From: Atractiella rhizophila
Taxonomy: Eukaryota
DNA length: 64,000 nt
Reading direction: 5' to 3'
Assembly: GCA_021432655.1 (NCBI GenBank)
Contig: MU271225.1
Location: 1 to 64,000 of the forward strand
Shown here: piece after piece, positions 26,595 to 38,484 of the stretch
How the letters are laid out: every line of letters begins with the position of its first letter
How positions within the stretch are numbered: position 1 is the first letter of the stretch
Notes under the pieces: model-generated
What the model was told of the DNA's origin: nothing
The model's input: the letters and a program-made list of their open reading frames with translations, nothing else
The model's database searches: none
Position numbers and translations under genes: made by a program

Positions 26595-29029
26595 TCAAGT
26601 TAAAGATTGACGATACTTTTCTCCGTAATCTTCCAGATCCTCCATCTGTACCAACGTCTCTCTTCTGCTTTGGGACTCATACGGCCCATAACGCACCTGT
26701 ACACTCCGTTCCAAGTCTTCGCGATTACTTTGGTTACCAGTGGCAGGATTGAAATTGTTGACGAGTTGGTTAAACATCGCTGCCTCGCTAACATTCAAGT
26801 TGTCGATCTTCTTCGAAACCAGTTCTTCACGCGTACTCGGCTGGTTAGAGCCAGATCGAAGGTTGAGGACGATGCGTGAGGCCATCATAGTCGTGAAGGC
26901 GATGGTGAGCGGAGCATTGAGCGCTTTATTCGTAACGTTCGGCATGCTGTTCATGTCCACAAACACAAACAACCGTCATTGTTGGAGAGGAGGAACGGAA
27001 GGGAAAGGACAAACAGGAAGTAAATGACGTTAACTAGGTTACAAGTGGATGCCACCAAAAAGTATAGCATTCCGTCACGAAGAAAAATGGTAAGCAGGCG
27101 TGGACGAGGCCGAGGTGATATTCGCCAGTGCCTTATGAGCGGTCTACGGAACCGTTTAAAACGCTGCCTGTTAGATGATATCAGACGAACATGAGGGCAA
27201 ATATAGTTGCAGTGGTGTCGTAGAGGAGTGGTGGGAGCCTGCTTAAGCGTGAACGACAATTACTGCCAGGATGGGCCGATATACCAGTATGTCCAAAGGT
27301 AACTGTAGCAAAGCGTAAGCAGCGTTATCAAAGTGGAGGGAGGAAGAACTAATGTCTCACCTGTGGTGTCCCGTCCCAATACATCCCTTCAATCCTGGGG
27401 GTCTGTTGCATTTGTTTGTCAGAAATTTAGGTCGGCTGGCGGTGGGACGGAAAGAAAATGACGACGTACAACTCCAACCTTCGGTCGGGTAGGATAGCTA
27501 TAATCTCGACGACGCTGCCACAGATGGCAAAGATGCCGAAGAAATAGATGATCCACCTTTGACGGTCCCACATAGCCCACACTCTCGCCCCAAGTAGGAA
27601 TTCGCAATAACGCACCTGTACACTCCGTTCCAAGTCTTCGCGATTACTTTGGTTACCAGTGGCAGGATTGAAATTGTTGACGAGTTGGTTAAACATCGCT
27701 GCCTCGCTAACATTCAAGTTGTCGGTCTTCTTCGAAACCAGTTCTTCACGTGTACTCGGCTGGTTAGAGCCAGATCGAAGGTTGAGGACGATGCGTGAGG
27801 CCATCATAGTCGTGAAGGCGATGGTGAGTGGAGCATTGAGCGCTTTATTCGTAACTTTCGGCATGCTGTTCATGTCCACAAACGTCATTGTTGGAGAGGA
27901 GGGACGGAAGGGAAAGGACGAACAGGAAGTAAATGACGTTAACTAAGTTACAAGTGGATGCCACCAAAAAGTATAGCATTCCGTCACGAAGAAAAATGGT
28001 AAGCAGGCGTGGACGAGGCCGAGGTGATATTCGCCAATGCCTTATCAGCGGTCTACAGAACCGATTAAAACGCTGCCTGTTAGATGACATCAGACGAACA
28101 TGAGGGCAAATATGGTTGCAGTGGTGTCGTAGAGGAGTGGTGGGAGCCTGCTTAAGCGTGAACGACAATTACTGCCAGGATGGGCCGATATACCAGTATG
28201 TCCAAAGGTAACTGTAGCAAAGCGTAAGCAGTGTTATCAAAGTGGAGGGAGGAAGAACTAATGTCTCCCCTGTGGTGTCCCGTCCCAATACATCCCTTCA
28301 ATCCTGGGGGTCTGTTGCATTTGTTTGTCAGAAGTTTAGGTCGGCTGGCGGTGGGACGGAAAGGAAATGACGACGTACAACTCCAACCTTCGGTCGGGTA
28401 GGATAGCTATAATCTCGACGACGCTGCCACAGATGGCAAAGATGCCGAAGAAATAGATGATCCACCTTTGACGGTCCCACATAGCCCACACTCTCGCCCC
28501 AAGTAGGAATTCGCACGCTACTGCTCGCATCGACGTGTATCAGATTCATAGGGAAAAAGGACAGGAGGACATACAGAAGAGCACTGTGGTCGTCACAGGT
28601 TGGAAGAATTGAATCTTGTCGCAGACCTTGGGGTCAATTTCGATCCAGAGAAAAGTCATAAAGATGAGGAGGTCGATGAGACCACAGTAGCTTGTACGCA
28701 AGGTCATTGTTCTCCTCAATGAAAGTGCATTGACGCACCGATTGATGAAGAAAACAACCCGGATTGGAGTCCAGCGCTCAGCCTTCCACATAGTCCTATA
28801 TTCTTGTGGGAACGTGAGGATGAAGTCGTAGGCGAAAACCGAGAAGCAGGCTGTCCATTGAGGTTAAATCAAATCAGAGACGGCATCCTGAGATGAGAAA
28901 AATGTAAGATGAACCTGTTAGGTATGCGCGACTTGCGGAAAGGACCTCCTCAAACGCTTCACGCTTCAAGGCAAAAGCAAGCTGCTCTTCCAGCGTTGCC
29001 GTGCCTGGCGGAATAGCTGAGCTAGACAT
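26595..29029 (-). CDS. DUF6533-type basidiomycete GPCR-like 7TM protein carrying an internal ~0.9-kb duplication
   Basis: AYDFILTFPQEYRTMWKAERW.P.RVVFFINRY, ARVWAMW, LLYD, LLTIFLRDGMLYF and SRIVLNLR are hallmarks of this family. ATG at 29029. Confidence 0.75.
26688..28515. repeat. Direct tandem duplication: 26688-27606 (919 bp) and 27607-28515 (909 bp)
   Basis: Near-identical units with scattered substitutions and a 10-bp indel inside an intron. Confidence 0.95.
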
Positions 29030-30926
29030 AACGTTTTCTGGGTCGCACCAGACAGGAAGGTGGCGCGAGAATAGTGGAGCTAACACGGGGAAGGGAGGGG
29101 TTGTGGCACAGTATAAAACGATGCGACAAAAGTCTCCAATAGCCGTGCTGGTTCATTCCACATAAGACTCCAAATACCCCTGATCCTGAAAGTGGGGTAC
29201 TCTTCGACAGCGAGAGGAAGGCATTACGATCTCTCGCTGCTCTGCTGTTCAACTGATGTAGAGTTCTCAACGGAGAGACATGCGCACTATCCGCATTCTA
29301 TTCACAAGCGAGGGCAGACAAATCAGGGACAAGAAAGACGAGCATCAGTCTGATCAACTGGAGAATCATCGGCGTCGTCATGGGCTTCGAGAATTCAAGC
29401 GTAGTTTGGCCCTGCTTTGACTCAATTGAGTTCCTGTACGGCGCTCCTACTGCGGCCGTTAACCAGCTTGATCCAAGGGAAGGCCATTTGCTGCTAAGCT
29501 CTTCGATTCGAGCCTCGATTCCTGATCTACCTGAGGAACAAGGGTCTCTAATAATGAGGACCTTCGAGCCAGAATCCCATTAGGAACAAAAGATGCCCGA
29601 ACAACGCTTCTGTGCGTAATCGCGCAAATTGGAACATGCGTAGCCTGAGGTCAATCGGTGGCGACTCAACCTGGTACTAGTCTCCGATTTGTACAGCATT
29701 TGTCACGGCAGTTGCAACCTTGAAAGTTACGTGTTGGGAATCGGAAATGGTGGACACGAATGTGGCAAAAGTAAGGTGGCACGCATTGAAGACAGCGAGC
29801 TCACTGACAACTTCAAATTCATGCCCCAGCTAGCAATCAATAGGGGCCTGTGTCATTTATGCTTACTTAAAGACTACGACTTCGACGTAGCTCCATTATC
29901 CTCCTGACGTGAGTAGACTTTAACCACTCATTGCCAGCTTGCTACCACCATTTATTCCTGCAGCCACAACCAACTGTGGTACGAGAGCAGGACAGGGTGG
30001 GACGATCTAAAAATGATGTTGGCTGCCTTTGAGAGGAGTACCCACTGTTTCCACAATTAAATTTTCAGTGCCAAAGATAAATCAGTGCCTCCTCAGGCTG
30101 CCACTCGGATCTTCCATCACAAAACAAACACAGTTCATCCGACAGTCACGGTTCTTGCAAATTTCAACTCCCAATTCCGGCCTTGTCCTCCCATTGAACT
30201 TCAGGTTCGGTGCTTTAGTTTTCATATCCACACCGAAATTAGGAGAAAGCTCTGATGCTTGGAGCAAGTGTTTTGTTAGGAATGAACGTACAGATCGAGA
30301 CATCAGGCTTTCTTACTCTCCTATGAAGGCTTGCTGTAACACGATGAGAGGCTCACGATATGGTTTCCGCACCTGTGAAGTGTTACTGGCTTCCTTGCTG
30401 AGATCGACCTTGCAAAAGCGAAACTGTTACGACTCCGACTAACCCTCATCTCTCCACACGCCGCCATTAATTCCCATAAAGGTCACGAACACGCTGGGGG
30501 ATACGAAGAATTGTCAACAAACATTCTCTCGATCGATTCTTGCCTTTGTCAGTTGCGGTTCCGGTTTGCGCAGCTGTGAGAACGTCTTCTCGTCAACGAC
30601 CAACTTCGATCCTTGAACCGACAGATCATTCCTCCCACAGGCTTTCACCCTCCAAATCTCGTAAAAACAGCAATCACCTCCACAACACACTCCAACAAGC
30701 CTACGCAAAGGAACGACCGCACCTTTCCCGCAAAGGACCACGTCAATCTTCTCCAATCGATCCGCTCACAAAATCTTCAAAAACCTCAAAAAAAAAGAAC
30801 AGTTTGTTGTAAAAAAATATCAAATTGTGAAAGTAGCCAACAAATAGGTGTGTCGCTTCTTTCCCGGTGGAATGGAACATGGATTGAAGGAGTCGCGTTC
30901 GTCGCCGATCGGGGAACAGGAACAAA

Positions 30927-33900
30927 ATGTCGACTCCTCCCGTCACGAATCAGCAACCAGCTAACACCAACCCCAAACCGCAAAACAAGACCAGGAATTC
31001 CGGTGGAAACGGCGGTTCCCGTCCCTCGTCTGCAAACGAGCACAGGCGTACCGACTCCGCGTCCTCCTCTGGCCCGCACCAACGAAAAGGCTCCAGTTCG
31101 GGAGGGAAGAGCGGCGGCCGGGTTGATCAGAGCCCCTCGCCTACTCCCGGTGGTACTGGCAGCAGCGGGGGTGGAGGAAGGGGACACGGAAGGAAGCCCA
31201 GCTCGAGAGGAGGTGGAGGTGGTGGGAGAGGAGGTAAACAGTCACCTTCTCCTCATCCGCCGTCAGGAAATGGAGGTGGAGATATGGTTTCGAACCTCAA
31301 GAACCTTATTGCGTCCATGCCTCCAGGAACGAACGAAGGAGATCCCTCCGCTGCCGCTCAGTTTCAGCAACAACCTCAGACTCAGTCACACGCTAGGCGT
31401 CCGTCGAACCAGCAGCACCAACAAGGTGGCCATCGCAAGACCCCTTCCTCTTCTCAAGAAGTCGCAGCTGCTTCCAACTTGAATCCAGCAGCCAGTGGCT
31501 TTCAACCGGGAGCACTCTCCGTCATCGCCGACACCCACCTCGAGGACATGATCACCCCGACCGCTTCGTCTTTCGATCTCATGACAGGCGCTCGTCTCCC
31601 TCCTCAGCAGCAGCAGCAAGGTCCCTATCGGCAGATGCCTGCTGGAGGATTCAATCCGAACCTCATGGGCGGACGGATGATGGGAGAGCTTCCAGAGGAG
31701 ATTCCAGGTTTCGGCGGTGTCGCTGGGTTGAATGCCAGAGCCTTCAGCTTTGGAGGGCCGGGGAATATGGGGGATAGACCTCCTAGGTTTCAGCAAGGAG
31801 GTGGAGGTGGTGGTATGGACGAACAGGCGATGAACGAGCAGATCGTCATTCAACAGCAGTTGGCCGTGCTCCAGCGTCAACAAGAGGAGCTCATGATGCG
31901 CCTCGAGGGTCAATCTCAACAACAGCAGCAACAGCAAGGAGGACAGTCTGGAGGCGGGCAAGGTGGAGCGCAGCAGAGGGGTGGGGGACATAGGAGGATC
32001 CAGAGTCATGCGCCACAAGCATCTGGCTTCGCTGGGATGGGTGGAATGGGCAATTTCGGGATGGGAGGAGCGGGAGCGTTCGTTGGCGGCTTCCAGCCTC
32101 AAGGATCGCAGTCTCCTCAAAGTGGAACATTCCCTAAAGGTCATGGAAGGCGTCATTCCGTTAATGTGGCTGCGAGTTCGAAGAGAGACGAGTCGCCTGC
32201 CGAGTTTGTGGGTGGTTTTGGAGGCATGGGAATGGGAGGGATGGGGTTGGGTGGAATGAGTGGAATGGCCGAGATGGATACCGGCTTTAGGGGACATGGG
32301 AGGAATCCTTCCATGGGAGGTTTCATGCCTCAACCAATGCCACACAACATGATGAACGCCACCGACCTCGCAGCGGCTCAAAACCAACTCGCTCAGCTCT
32401 CTCATTTCCGTGCGTCCAGTGGTCATGCCAGAGTACCCAGCTTTGGCTTTTCCAATCCCATGAATATGCCTCCAAACACGAATCCGATGCAGTATAATGC
32501 GGCCGGTCAACCGATGAGGAAATCCCTCTTCGCTCCTTACCTACCTCAAGCATCAATTCCTCCTCTTCTCGCCGCGGGCAAACTCGTCGTTGGCACACTT
32601 AGGGTCAACAAAAGGAACAGGTGCGCCATTAGCTCTCCATTGCGCGCTTGTGTCTGGTTTAATGATTAATTATTGTCGCAGATCCGATGCATATGTCTCT
32701 ACTGACAGCTTGGATGCTGACATCTACATTTGCGGTTCGAAGGACCGCAACCGAGCGCTGGAAGGAGATATCGTTGCGGTGGAACTGTTGGATGTGGATG
32801 AGGTTTGGGGAACGAAAAAGGAGAAGGAAGAGAAGAAGAGGAAGAAGGAGGAGAACTCCTTTGATAACCGCGCGAATCAGGATATGAGGAAGGCGGATAA
32901 GAAGAAGGATGATGTTGAGGTCGAGGGACAGGGATTGACTCTCTTTGAGGATGAAGAGGTCAATGATGATCAGAGGCCACAGTTCGCGGGACACATTGTT
33001 GCCGTTGGTATGTCCTCTTCCTCCGAGAGTACGTGAAATTGTTGATGACAATTTGGGACGATGTAGTTGAACGCATGCCCGGACAGCTCTTCTCTGGCAC
33101 TCTCGGCGTTTTGAGGCCATCGAGCGCTGCTACTAAGGAGAAACAAGAGGCAGAGAGGAGAGAAAGAGAAGGCGTCGACCTTCAAGGTTCTGCCCCTCAG
33201 GTTGACAAGCCAAGGATCGTTTGGTTCAAGCCTACAGACAAGCGTGTTCCTTTGATCGCCATGTAAGCTCTTTCCTCTATTTGCGTCCCTTTGCGGCACT
33301 TTTTTACTATTGTGCGAATAGCCCAACGGAACAAGCCCCCGCCGATTTCGTTGAGAACTCATCCAACTACAAAGACCAACTCTTCGTCGCCTGCATCAAG
33401 CGATGGCCTATCACCTCTCTCCATCCTTTCGGTACTCTCGTCGAACAACTTGGCACAATTGGCGACATCGAAACAGAGACACAGGCGCTTCTCAAAGATT
33501 GCTCCTTCTCTGCTGACGACTTCACAGACAACGTTATGAAGTGCCTTCCGCCCTTGCCTTACGACATCCCCGCTCGCGAATTCGACATGCGTCGCGACTT
33601 TAGGCAGAATAGGGTTTTCACCATCGACCCAGCTACAGCGAAAGATCTTGATGACGCTCTTCACATCGTAAAGGGCGAGGACGGGCTGTGGGAAATCGGA
33701 ATCCACATTGCCGACGTCTCCTATTTTGTGAAACCCAACACCGCCCTCGATAGAGAGGCAAGGAAGAGAGCAACCACTGTCTACCTCGTTCAGAAAGCTG
33801 TTCCTATGCTTCCCGAGGCCCTCAGCAATGGCCTCTGCTCCCTCAACCCTGGACAGGATAAGCTTACATTCAGTGTCGTCGTCAAGATGACGGATGAGGC

Positions 33901-35868
33901 GAAAGTCGTCTCAACTTGGTTTGGAAAATCTGTCATCAGGTTTGTTTCTCTATTTTATGTGTTGGGGGAGAGCACTGAAGATATTGCTGTAGGTCCGCTG
34001 GCAAGCTTGCATACGAAAATGCTCAGGCTGTCATCGAAGGTCAACCACTCCCCGAAGTCGAACTCGATGGGGGACACAAAGGGAGTGAAATTGCTGAGGA
34101 TATCAAGGCTCTGAACGTCCGTTTGCCTTTCTCTTAACTTGTAGCGGAATATTAGCTCACATTTCTACGTATAAATAGACTCTCGCAAGACAAATGAGAA
34201 AGAGAAGGTTCGAAAATGGAGCGTTGAGGATCGATAAGGTCAAGCTTGGCTTCAAGCTTGACGCCGATGGATTGCCTGAGGATTGTATCGCAGAAGATAG
34301 GAAGGAGGCGAATATGATGATCGAGGAGGTCCGTTTCCCTTCTTCTTAGCGTTTCCTTGCTGAACTCTCTGGAATATCGTCTAGTTCATGTTGCTCGCCA
34401 ACACATCCGTCGCCGCCAAAATCGCTTCAGGCCTCCCGGAACAAGCTCTCCTCCGTCGTCACGAGGAGCCATTGGAGAGGCGTATTGATGCTTTTGTTGA
34501 ACGAGCTAAGAAGATGGGTTACGAATTCGACAATTCGTCAGCTGGATCACTCAATCAATCCTTTGAACGTATCTCGGATCCCAATCATAAGATCGTGCTG
34601 CAGACCTTGGCGACGAAGAGCATGCTCAGGGCGAAATATTTCTGCAGTGGAATGTTGGATATTGCGAAGTATTCCCATTATGCGCTCAATGTTCCGCTTT
34701 ACACACATTTTACCAGTCCCATCAGGTGAGTATCTTGTTCTTCTCTCTTACTTCTCGAGAGCTGATGTAATGTTTTTGTGCAGGCGATATGCTGGTATGT
34801 CGCTATGTCGTATTGGTTGAAGGATGAATGCAGATGAATGACGAACGGGTAGATGTCTTGGTGCATCGACAACTCGAAGCATCTGTCCTTGGCGCAGTCG
34901 ACGTGAAGTTTAACCTCGACACTGAAGGTCAATCCCGCCTTCCTCTTCTGTCATTCGCATCCTAACTCCTGGTGTATAGCTGTGTCAAAGATCGCCCAAG
35001 GTTGCAACAGCAAGAAAGAGGCCGCGAAGCAAGCGCAGGAGCAATCTATCCACCTTTTCCTTTGCCAGCTTGTCTCCGATCTCACCACTCGATATGGACC
35101 GGTAGTCAGACAGGCGATTGTTACTGGCGTTTTGGATGAGGCATTCGATGTCGTCGTGCCTGAGTTTGGCATCGAGAAGAGGGTTCATGTCGATCAGATG
35201 CCTATCGAGGTACGTATCTTTGCTCCTTCATTTTCTTCCATCTCCTCTCAGCGTGCGGCCAATTCAGAGTTTGGGAGCTGATCAGTGATGCCGTACAGAA
35301 CCACGTTTACGACGAGCACGAACGCCTGCTGACGATCTACTGGAAGCCCGGTGTAGACCCTCTGAAGTGGTTAGCGGAGACATCCAACGACTCCCACCTT
35401 CTCGCGATCCGTCGCCGAGCTGAACATCACGCTAAGTTGATGGAAGCACAAAGCGGCTCCGCCGCTGCAGAGGCAGGACTGTTCGATGACGACGATGAGG
35501 AGGAGGAGGAGGGAGAAATCGGAAGGAAGTTGAAACCAGCTCCGAAAGGGAGTGGTCAGCATGCTAAGTCCGCTGGACAGAGGAGGGAGCTCAAGTGGGA
35601 AGGTATTGAGAAGACCGCGGCAGGACATAGCGTGCAGAAGATTAAGGAGTATGTTCATTCACTTGTTTCTTTCGCTGAAAGGATGGGATGAGCGCTGACG
35701 CCATTGGGAACTAGGCTGCAAATTGTTCCTGTCATCGTCGCTGCTGATTTGTCGAAGAGTCGTACGTTGTTATTGCTCTTTCCGGCACTGTTCGGCCCTG
35801 ATCACTGTTTCTGCATTTTAATAGCCCCGGTCCTCAAGATCCTCGCGGTTAATCCTTTCCCTCAATAA
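30927..35868 (+). CDS. SSD1: Ssd1/Dis3L2-family RNB-domain RNA-binding protein, multi-exon
   Basis: Gly/Gln-rich N-terminus with HxRxxS repeats; SLFAPYLPQASIPPLL..GKLV.G.LRVNKRNRSDAYV; DRNRALEGD; WFKPTDKRVPLIAI; FTIDPATAKDLDDAL; HYALNVPLYTHFTSPIRRY; C-terminal VLKILAVNPF, with TAA at 35866-35868. Confidence 0.93.
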
Positions 35869-36346
35869 TCGGCTTTTCTTTCTCACCACAACTCAACGGT
35901 TCAAATGAATATCTCCCAACCTGACCCGCGTGCTTTCTGAACAACGAATCTCCATGGACAATGAGACACCTATGCCCCTCCCCTTCCTCTATCCAAATAA
36001 CGAACAAACGAAACAAACGAAAGAAGATGATGGACGATCAACGTCGACGATGGGTTAATGATGAGCAGTGGATTTGTTCGCAATCAGGTATCATGATGCA
36101 GCTTAGCTTGCAAGAATGAGCACTGGCATGAGCAATGCAAGGTAGCGGTCGACTTAGTGTAAAGTGTGTAGGTTAAGATGTTGCCAGTTGGTGAATGGAT
36201 GCGTGATTGTTTACACTTTGCTCGTCCCTGCCCTGATCTCTGGCAAGGACAGCCTTAAAAGACTTGCCACTCTGAAGTGAAACATGAATTTCTTGCATGT
36301 GTGAGATCACTCTCCGAATTCCCCAGCAAAACGACGATGCCATTCC

Positions 36347-38484
36347 ATGCCTGCCACTCCCGCTGTAACTATAGAGGCTCACAAGCGTCCCTCGCACTCC
36401 TATACGCCTTCTGATGCTTACATCCATCCTGTACAACGCAGTGGAGCTCCTGAACATGCAAAACATCGAGAAGTGGACCTCGAACCCGGAGTTGGAATTG
36501 GGGATAGGCTGAGAACAAGGGAAGTAAGTGCAAATGGGAAGAGGAAGGGGACCGAGTGGCGGTATAAATGGGATATTTCACCCAGAGAAGAAAAGTTTGA
36601 GTTGGAGGGGGGAAGCAAGCGCTTTGCGCTGTATGTAGTTTCGACCACTTTTATGCCGATTGGGGAATGAGTGTCATATCATTATAGCGCGCTCGCCATC
36701 AAGATCTTCAGTGCCTTTTTGTTTGCGATACTCCTGCTGAAGGGAGCATTGTCCCTTCTCCCGCAAGCGTCGTCCAGCCACAATCCGAATAAGGCACTCT
36801 TGCTTCTCGCATCTTCCTCTTCCCCTTCCAAAGACAGACCCTATAAAGCGCTGACGAGCGTCTCTAATCCATATGTGCGCCTCTTCTGCCCAAGGGTATC
36901 CATTCTTCTTAATGTTGGATGACAGGGATACATGTCCTTAATCGACCCGCATGCGTCCCATATCTTCAATCCTACCCTTCTCTCCCTTCCACCGTCTACT
37001 GGAGACGTAAAATTGTTGCTGGTGGCGAGAGGAGAGGAACGTTATGAAGCAGAAACGGTCGCTGGGGAAGGGGAGACGAGGTGGCAGAAGGTGGTTGGGT
37101 TCGTCATGTGCTCTTATCTTGTCTCAGGGAACGACATTGATGTTTTGGCGCGCAGATGTTCTCTTGAAGAGAGCAAGAGAAGGTATTTGAATATACCCTT
37201 TCTGGAGAGGATTGGAGAGTTGCACACCCTTCAATTGCCAGCCGAGAGGCACGTCCCCTACCTTCGTTGTCGCGTTAGTGTCTCCACTTCTACTGCTCCT
37301 TTCTGTTCTGATGGTAAACGGATGAAATAGGAGAAGGTATATGACCAGTTCATAGGCCCGGAAGATCCTCGTCTCTTCTTGCTTTCTAACGGCGCGCCAT
37401 TACTGTTTTACAGCCAGACAGGTAACGCGCCAGCCATCTGCAGAGCCATTTTTGTAATCGATGCTCGAGTCGTCATCCCTGGGTTACAACAGGCGATGGA
37501 ACGTGCTGGGTGGACGCCAGACATCGAATTTGGGGAACAGACGGGTGAGATCCGCTTGTTTGCGAACTAAAAGCTTATGGCTCATTGAGGTTGGGTATGG
37601 GAGAGTAGATTTGGTTAGGGAGGGACAGACTAACATAGAGAAGAACTGGGCGCCATTCCTCTCTTTCCCCTCCACAGCTGTCTCCTCTTCCTCGCAAACT
37701 TCACCGGCACCACCCCACGACCTCTACTTTCACGCATCCCTCGTCCCTCAGCAAATCTACGCATTCCGTCCCCACCTCACCCTCAGACCTTTGGTACGCA
37801 ACCCGCCGGCACATAATTGCCTCAGTGAGCTCGTAGGTGCAGATATGGGGAGAGTGAGGATGCATCATGCTACTCCTCTTTTGAGGGTTACGCTGTGCGA
37901 GAGGGGAGAGTGTATGCCTGATGTCCATAATACAGTGTTGATGGGTATAATTCAGTTCGTCCCCCTCTTCCTTCGTCCTATTGCACTCGTGCTATATTTG
38001 ACCGATATATTGCGACGGTATAGCGTGAAGTACCATCCCGAACCATACCTATTCTACGAACGCAGAGCTGTCACTTGGAACGCAACTGCAGAAAGCGAAT
38101 TCGAGTACTTGAGCGTGTCTAAGCCGCTCAGTTATTTAGGGACCAATCAAGGCGATCCCATTTTTACCGTGTCCATGGCCTGTGCGTCGGCCATCGTCCT
38201 TTCTACTTCAACAGTCAACACTCGGATAAAGTGGAGCTGACGTGTGCTCTGGTGGGTTAGGGGACCTGCGAAGCAGAAAGGGATGGAAGGCGAGGGAAAC
38301 GGGAGGGATGGGACTTGCTCATGGATTTTTGGACGATACTGTACTGATCGGATTTGGAGTGGGTGATTATGGCAGTGCATTCATCGAGTTCGTCCGCTCC
38401 TCCCAGCATCTCTTTGCTTACTTTTGGTGCAGTGTGGAAGCTAAGCAGCTGCTAGAGGAGCATACTCTCTGTAAAGAACTGTAG
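36347..38484 (+). CDS. Type II membrane glycan-active protein, five-bladed beta-propeller of the GT91 (BMT beta-mannosyltransferase)/GH130-like type, multi-exon
   Basis: Single N-proximal TM (ALAIKIFSAFLFAILLL), then FNPTLL, GPEDPRLF, EKNWAPF and GF.DD.VLIGFGV.D motifs. Confidence 0.55.

Noticed and set aside
30522..30529. CNYTCNYT Ssd1-binding-like motif upstream of SSD1
   Set aside because: A single degenerate 8-mer is expected by chance, and the transcript start is unknown.
30845..30920. Upstream ATGs before SSD1 as regulatory uORFs
   Set aside because: They lie in a probable 5' UTR intron (GTGTGT...AACAG) and would be spliced out.
31386..32510. 374-aa antisense ORF and 289-aa overlapping ORF (30613-31482) at SSD1
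   Set aside because: Shadow frames of a GC-rich low-complexity exon.
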